In this document: in pieces, positions 50,231-64,000 of the stretch | How positions within the stretch are numbered: position 1 is the stretch's first letter | Layout: each line of letters begins with the position of its first letter | Origin: the human T2T-CHM13v2.0 reference genome, Homo sapiens | Strand: one strand, 5' to 3' | Length of the DNA stretch: 64,000 bases | NCBI RefSeq assembly: GCF_009914755.1 | Contig: NC_060936.1 | The notes under the pieces: generated by a model | Seen by the model: the letters and a program-made list of their open reading frames with translations, nothing else | What the model was told of the DNA's origin: nothing | Databases searched by the model: none | Program-made: the position numbers and the translations under genes

Positions 50231-52092
50231 AAGAGCCACACTGGGATCCTGCAAGAGCACAGCCATCTCTTTCCCCTTCCCAACTTCCCACAGGCTTTCC
50301 ATCTTATTCAGGAGCACCAACCCGAAGTCCAGGAGAAAGACCCTAAGACCCTAGCCAGAACCATGTGTAGGACAAAATAAATAGTGATAAAGGGTGTGCA
50401 GCAGGACCCCAGTACTCTGGAACCCATCTCTGACAGCCTTGGTTCCAGGGAGCTTGGTCAGAGCTTGTGGCAGGGGGTTGAAGAGCCTTGGTGGAAGGGG
50501 TGCTTTCTCTCACCCCTTTCCCAATTTTGCCCTTCCTCTCCTCTGCCCTGGTCTACTTCTCCCATCAGCAGTAGCTTCTCCCATCAGCTGCCCCACAACC
50601 CTCTCCTCCCTGCCTCTCCAGTCTGCATCAGTATCTCAGGGAAACAGGAAAACACCATTCTCCAAACACATGTCCTAGGGTCCCAGGGTTGCATGGCGAA
50701 GCGGGCTGTGCTGACAATGAGGTTCGTATTATTTCTATTTACCTAAAAGTTCAAGAAGGCCTTGCTGACATTGTTGCTTGGGGCCCAGCATTTAAACTTA
50801 GTCACTGCCCAGAGCCCTTGTTTTAGGAAAGAATGAGATGGTCCCTGTTGCATAACCCAGAGTTGGGTGGGTGTGGGTTGCCGAAGGAAACGATCCCTCT
50901 TCCTCTCTCTTGTGAGGCCTGGCTAGGAGTGCCTGGGATGGGCGGGACACTGCCTGGGGAAGGCGGGTGGGGAGCGGTGGAACCCGACCCTTGGAGCGAA
51001 GGCGGACAAGTAGGCAGGCAAAGATGCTGAGTAGTCCCTCCCCAAAGTCCCCTGGGCACAAGACAGTCTGATGAATCTAGAAAACCCCATGGATGACTGG
51101 GAGGGAAGGAAACGGATTCTGGGAGAGGAGAGGAATGGAGGAGCGAGCTTACCTGAAGGACGGGGATGGGGAGGGGGGTGGGGTCTGCTCTCTGGCCACT
51201 GTCCCCAAGAGCATCCCGAATACGAGTTCCTTTAATTCTCTCCCTCTCTAGTTTCAACCTGCCAATTTCCCCCTTTCCCTGCCTCCCAGCCAGTTCTCAC
51301 CCTGCACACAGCCCTCTCCAATCCTTCCAGACTCCGCATGCGCCCACCACAATGCTAGGGTCTCCTACGGTTCATTCAAGTTGTATCCCTCCCTGCCTCC
51401 CGGCCCTTCCCCCATTGGCTTACCCCAGTCTGGTTCCCCTCGGGCCCCTTTTCTCCATAGTCTTACCTCAAGGGTGCTTTCTCTTACTCCTTTCCCAATT
51501 TTGCCCTTCCTCTCCTCTGCCCTGTTCTACTTCTCCCATCAGCAGTAGAATTTCCCAAGACCCCGTTATCCACCCTCTCCATCTTTTCTCTGTCCCTCCA
51601 CATTTGCCCACTCCTCTTGTGATCCACACACACCATCTCTTCTCAGTTCCCTTTCAGCCCCCGTCTTCTCACTCCCCACCGGGTCCCTGCATGCCCCTCG
51701 TCGTCCTACACATACACACTAAGTGGATTGCACTCCCGTCCTCCCCTTCTTCCGCTCCTCCCCACCCTCCAGTCCCTCCAGCCAGCTGTACAGCTCCCAA
51801 ATTCCGGGCCGAGATTCCCGGGAACAAAGCAAGAAAAATCAGAGCAATTTGGGAAGTAAACAGAAACTGGAAAGGGAGAGGGAAAGAAGAGTGGGGAGGA
51901 CCCAGGTTGGGGGGGCCCTCTCCAGTCCCACCCAGTTTAGGGAATGCCCCTGCCCTCTCCCCCACCCCCCTTCACCTGGCTCTTAAAGGGCCCGGCCCCT
52001 GGCCGGCGGCTACTTAAGACAGAGGGGCGGCGGCGGGCAGCAGCTGCGCTGCGACTGCTCTGGAAGGAGAGGACGGGGCACAAACCCTGACC

Positions 52093-56544
<4,452 letters not shown>

Positions 56545-56696
56545 AGCTGGGGGATAGAGGGGCTGCAGGGCCACTGGAAGGAACATGGAGCTGTCATCAC
56601 TCAACAAAAAACCGAGGCCCTCAATCCACCTTCAGGCCCCGCCCCATGGGCCCCTCACCGCTGGTTGGAAAGAGTGTTGGTGTTGGCTGGGGTGTC

Positions 56697-56702
56697 AATA
56701 AA
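56697..56702 (+). terminator. IGFBP6 polyadenylation signal
   Basis: AATAAA followed by a GT-rich downstream element. Confidence 0.88.
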
Positions 56703-56987
56703 GCTGTGCTTGGGGTCGCTGGCTTGTGTCTCTGTGTCTGCCTCTCACAATTCTGGAATCCCTGGCCCTCTCTTTACCCCACTACAGCTCACTCACAGCA
56801 TTTCTCCTTTCCTGTGGATACCTTTAGTCCTTCCTGTGACAGCCAGGCAGAAGCTTCAAGCCATCAAGCCTCACAGAGCTGCCCACCAGGAGTTGGGAGT
56901 GGGAAGGGGAGACACTGAGATCATGGCCTTAATCTGAAGTTGTGACCTTGTTTCTAACACTGATCTTTGGACACAAAGGGAGGGGAA

Positions 56988-57004
56988 GGATTAATAGTTA
57001 ATCC
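56988..57004. promoter_or_regulatory. HNF1-like palindrome upstream of SOAT2
   Basis: GGATTAA-TAG-TTAATCC resembles GTTAATNATTAAC; SOAT2 is a known HNF1 target. Confidence 0.6.
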
Positions 57005-57610
57005 CAGCAGGAACCCAGCAAAGAGGAACTCTCAAAGCACATACCCTTCTGTTACTTCCTACTAAAAAAAGAAGGAAATTATTACTAATATATGAGCTCA
57101 TCCCATGGCCCTGAACCATGTGATTTTACCTGGACAACCTCATTTTGAGCTTACGATAACCTTGTGATATAGGGATTTTTACCCCTATTTTTCAGAGGAG
57201 GAAACTGGCTTAAAATTTGGGGTCACTTGCCTGAAATTATATAGCTGGTAAATGACAGAGGGAGGTTTGCATCCGGTTCTTCCATATGTGACAATACCTG
57301 GTATTCCCTAGGTGCTGAATACGTGTTTGTTTAGTCTCCTTTCTGCCTACATGCTCACCCAAGCAGGTGTCAGGAAGCGGCCCTGTCAGTTCAGGGGCCC
57401 TGACACTCAGCCTTTCCTGGAGGGGCCCCAGTTCCGTGAGTAGCACAGTGCCAACCCCATCAGAATATTACCACATGTGTCAATCACACACCTTGTGGTG
57501 AAAGCGAGCTGAACGCACTGATACATGAAGACATTTCTGACTCCTCCCTGACCTTCAGCCTGCTGGGAGAGAGACTGGAAGGCCAGCCATGCTAGGTGAC
57601 AAGCTTCTGA

Positions 57611-57623
57611 GAGGCAAAGTTCC
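57611..57623 (+). promoter_or_regulatory. HNF4-like DR1 in the SOAT2 promoter
   Basis: GAGGCA-A-AGTTCC with CAAAG core. Confidence 0.45.
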
Positions 57624-57954
57624 CCTCCCCAAGATGTACCCAGCCACTATTCCTGTGTGTGTGTGGCGGGGTGGATAGCACCCTTGGAGCTGGGCATCTG
57701 GATGGTGGTTGGGGTGTTAGGGGGATGTGGCGATCCCTGCGACAGACAGCAGAGTGAGGTCTGAATCTGAGAAGCTCTGCCTCCAGATCAGATAACCTAT
57801 CGCACTCCCAGAGGCCCCCTCCTCCTGAAAGGACTTTAGTCTTTGGAGCTGTCACCTGAGCTGAGTGGGACAAGAGCTCTACAGGGCAGGCCACACTGCG
57901 AAGGAAGGAGGCAACACGGGCAAGGGCTGCCTGCTGCCCGCTGGAGACCGCACC

Positions 57955-58036
57955 ATGGAGCCAGGCGGGGCCCGTCTGCGTCTGCAGAGGACAGAAGGGC
58001 TGGGAGGGGAGCGGGAGCGCCAACCCTGTGGAGATG
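57955..58036 (+). CDS. SOAT2: SOAT2 exon 1 coding part
   Basis: accATGG; [27 protein letters not shown]. Confidence 0.94.
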
Positions 58037-60392
58037 GTGAGCCGCCCTCGGGGGTGCAGAAGGCACAGGCAAGTGGGGGGGAGGCGGGGAGAGATGCGCT
58101 ATGGAGAGAAGGCTCCAACTGCCTGATGCCAATCCTTCCTGCTGTCCAGAGAGGCCAAGGAAGGTAGACCCTGGCCTCAGCCCAGAGCCACCCAGCTGGA
58201 AGATGGAACAGAAAAGAGCTATGTCAGAGCTGTGGCCTGGCCTTATCCTTCTGACTGTTTAGCCCCAGATAGTGAATGGAGTAGCTTCCCATTCCCTGAG
58301 TGCCCTGTTCCCAGTAATGTCACCAGGCCCCCTGCTTGCCTATGGCCTCCTCACCACTGGCAACAGCAACTTCCCCTTCTAGTAGCCCCAACCATGATAC
58401 TAGATATTGGCTGGTTGGGGTGAGGGCAGCTGCTGAGCACACAAAGCATTTCCTGACCACAGGATGCCTCTGGGTCTGCAGAACCCCAATTCCTCCTGTT
58501 GACTGTGCCTTTGATCCCTCCTCACAGGAAACACTGAGACGCACAGAGCCCCGGACTTGGTACAATGGACCCGACACATGGAGGTGAGGGATGTCAGAGG
58601 TCAGAGGTCAAGTGGACAGATCCTTGGTAGCAGGAAGCAGGAGTGAGGCTTGGTGATAAAGATGACTTTTTTTTTTTTTTTTTTTTTGAAACAAAGTCTC
58701 GCTCTGTTGCTCAGGCTGGAGTGCATTGGCACAATCTCGGCTCACTGCAACCTCTGCCTCCCAGGTTCAAGCGAGTAGCTGAACTACAGATGAGTGCCAC
58801 CAGGTGTGGCTAATTTTTTTTTTATATTTTTAGTAGAGACGGGGTTTCACCATATTGGCCAGGCTGGTCTTGAACTCCTGACCTCAAGTGATCTACCCGC
58901 CTCGGCCTCCCAAAGTGCTGGGATTACAGGTGTGAGCCACGGTGCCCAGCCTGATGACTTGTTCCTGAGTGCAAAGATCGGATTCGAATTAAGGATGGAG
59001 ATGGAGGGGTTTGAAGCACAGGTCCCAAAGGTCACCAAAAGTCAGCCAGTAGATAGAGTCTTCCTGCTAGTGCGGCTGGAGGCCAGGGGTGAGGAGTGAC
59101 AATCGGAGGTGACCAGGCTGGAATTCAGACCCAGGGAGGGGAAGCCTTGCTCCTGCTGTCACTCCCTGATCCTCGCTGCTGCCCCAGGAAGCCAGAAGGA
59201 GATCAACTCTGGGCAGGGATCATGGCTTGTTCATCTTTTTACCACAGCACTTAGCACTGCGGGGTCCTACCCCACCAGCAGACCCATCACCACCCCACCA
59301 ATGCCTGCCCTTCCCCCCGCAGGCCTGCCACCACTGAACCCCCATCCCTGCTGACCCCCCAGGTTGTTTTTTTTTTTAAAAAAAGCACTGTGCCTGGCAT
59401 AGACAGAAATTCAGTGAATGTCTGGTGAATGAAAGGATGGCTGACTGGAGGGACAGTGGGCTCTACCCTGGCTTTGTCCCGTAGGCTGTGAAGGCACAAT
59501 TGCTGGAGCAAGCGCAGGGACAACTGAGGGAGCTGCTGGATCGGGCCATGCGGGAGGCTATACAATCCTACCCATCACAAGACAAACCTCTGCCCCCACC
59601 TCCCCCAGGTTCCTTGAGCAGGTGAGTCTGGGGAATGGCTGCGCGGGCTCCTCTGTAGCAAGGATCATGAGCTAGAAACATCACGTTATGTGCCCTTGCC
59701 AGCTTTATCAGGACCGTGACTCCAGCCTTCCCTCTTCCCCCCTTGTCTTCCTAACACTGACCTCCATCTACTGGGCCTCGCTCTGCCCTGGCCCTGACCT
59801 TCTACCCGGTCCTGCCCTCTGGCCCTAGCCCTGACCTTTCCCTACCACTCCCCTTGGCTCCCAAGTATTGACCTTCTGCATGGCCCTGCCCTCTGCCCAT
59901 TTACTTTTTCCTGACCCTGAACAAACATCTCAATTCAGGACCCAGGAGCCATCCCTGGGGAAACAGAAAGTTTTCATCATCCGCAAGTCCCTGCTTGAGT
60001 AAGTCGGGGTGATGACAAGTAATGGGAGGAAAAGAAAGGGCTTTGGCTAGGGGTCAAGGTACCTCATTTCTCATCCCCAGCCTCTAGGTGGTTTGTGGAG
60101 AGGACTTGGAAAGGGTTTCTAAGGTGCAGGTCCCCTATTTGCCCTAGGCATGGTTGTGGAAGAAAGGCCTTTAGCTGGAAGTTCTGGATCGCTAGGCCCC
60201 ATGCCTCATGTGTACAGTGTCTGAGCTAGTTCACACAACCCTGAGGACCCTCCCACACTGACTTTCGGGCCCCTGTCCCTCTAGTGAGCTGATGGAGGTG
60301 CAGCATTTCCGCACCATCTACCACATGTTCATCGCTGGCCTGTGTGTCTTCATCATCAGCACCCTGGCCATCGACTTCATTGATGAGGGCAG
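57955..60392 (+). CDS. SOAT2: Sterol O-acyltransferase 2 (ACAT2), exons 1-5; gene continues beyond the window
   Basis: Exons 57955-58036, 58528-58583, 59485-59621, 59939-59998, 60285-60392; [15 protein letters not shown]...[33 protein letters not shown]. Confidence 0.95.
58528..58583 (+). CDS. SOAT2: SOAT2 exon 2
   Basis: [18 protein letters not shown]. Confidence 0.92.
58668..58951 (-). mobile_element. Alu
   Basis: Antisense dimer in SOAT2 intron 2. Confidence 0.9.
59485..59621 (+). CDS. SOAT2: SOAT2 exon 3
   Basis: [22 protein letters not shown]. Confidence 0.93.
59939..59998 (+). CDS. SOAT2: SOAT2 exon 4
   Basis: [19 protein letters not shown]. Confidence 0.92.
   Translation, partial: DPGAIPGETESFHHPQVPA
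60285..60392 (+). CDS. SOAT2: SOAT2 exon 5
   Basis: [35 protein letters not shown]. Confidence 0.94.
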
Positions 60393-60941
60393 GTAGGTCC
60401 CCTTCCCACCTGGGACAGGCACACCTATCTGATCAGACCCTCTGGGTCCTCAGTGCCCCACCTGCCCTTGGGGCAAGAGGACACAGGTTCCCCCTTTGGT
60501 TATTGGACATGTACCAACATTGCTCCCAACAACCTTTCCACCTGAAACACTCTCTAGGATCCCTTCCTTCCCCAGCCTTGGTTGGCCCTTTGTCTGTCCT
60601 CCCAGGGCCGGCCACTCTCAAATGCTTCTCAATGACACCTTGCCCTGAGGCAGATGTGTGTGTGTGTGCACACATGCACACCCATACACACTCCTTTCCA
60701 AGTCAGTTCTATTCAAGTAACCTCCATTGAGCACCTCCCGAGTACCAGTCCTAGTGGCCAGAGAAATGAGGGGGGCAGACCCCACTCCTGTCTGTGAGGC
60801 ACTCCCAGTCTTGTGGGGAAGACAGACATGTAACCAAGTGCCTGGGTGGGTCATTTCCCCCACAGAGCACCCCATCCAACTGTGAGGATGAGCCTCAGAG
60901 AGCTGTATACCCCTGGGGGTCTGTATTTTCATACCTCCCAC

Positions 60942-61506
60942 TATTCCCAGACCAAACTGAGGGTTGGGGCTGCTATTTCTCATGGCCCAATAACGAGATG
61001 CAGATGAACTGGGGAGGAAGTGAGTTTTTATTTCTGTAACCAGTTACAGGGAGAAGGCCTGGAAATTATCACCAGGCCAACTAAAAATTACAATTTCCAG
61101 AGCATATATACCTTCTAAGCTCTACATCTATGTGTAGGTGTGCATTCATCTAAAGACATAAGTGATTAACTTCTTTTAATCTATAACTAAGGTCTGAGTC
61201 TTGAAGACCTTCTTCTGGAGCCTCAGTAAGTTTACTTAATCTAAATGGGTCCAAGTGCTGGGGTGATTACCCTTCTCTTATCTCCTGCTAAATAACGGAG
61301 GTTTGGGGAGTTTCTTCAGACCCCCAGCAAAACTTGTTTAATCATGCTTTGAGGTTCAGGAAAGGCCTAGGCAAAACTCTTGGTGGGCTTTTGTTACATT
61401 CCAGCCTTTGTATAAGGGCACTGGTTTTTAACATTTAACTTAACCACTCAGTCAGTACTGAAACAGTTGTTATGGAGGTCTGCATTAGTGAGACCTGCTT
61501 GTCACA
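60942..61506 (-). mobile_element. ERV1-class LTR (LTR9/HUERS-P3-like), 3' LTR of an antisense provirus
   Basis: On the minus strand: purine-rich tract AGTGGGGAC then TG start at 61506; TATA 61104-61110; AATAAA 61027-61032. Family assigned from memory. Confidence 0.65.

Positions 61507-64000
<2,494 letters not shown>

Noticed and set aside
51166-52017. 283-aa Pro/Ser-rich ORF upstream of IGFBP6
   Set aside because: Pyrimidine-rich promoter DNA with low complexity and no domain; ends before the IGFBP6 CDS

Overview
Human (primate) genomic DNA, recognisable as the chr12q13 TNS2-SPRYD3-IGFBP6-SOAT2 locus. TNS2/tensin-2 (+) has three alternative phase-0 first coding exons (1677, 3522, 4564) and 28 shared exons ending at TGA 18249. 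The 4564 form assembles to 1409 aa (C1, PTEN-like PTP/C2, SH2, PTB), and the MIR6757 tailed mirtron sits at the exon 11 acceptor. SPRYD3 (-) has 11 exons and 442 aa and lies tail-to-tail with TNS2. An ~18 kb Alu/L1/MLT-rich interval follows, then IGFBP6 (+, 4 exons, 240 aa) and the first five exons of SOAT2/ACAT2 (+), whose intron 5 holds an antisense ERV1-type LTR and internal sequence. I derived exon boundaries by hand from GT-AG sites and frame continuity, and the three complete CDSs each add up to a whole number of codons. This is a well-studied locus and I see no wholly new multi-gene system. The best leads are: a Cys-cluster alternative TNS2 N-terminus; frame-preserving introns, one of which splits the TNS2 catalytic P-loop; an overlapping uORF at the SPRYD3 start; a composite Alu insertion under a single TSD; a 77-bp dispersed duplication upstream of IGFBP6; and nuclear-receptor elements in IGFBP6 and SOAT2.
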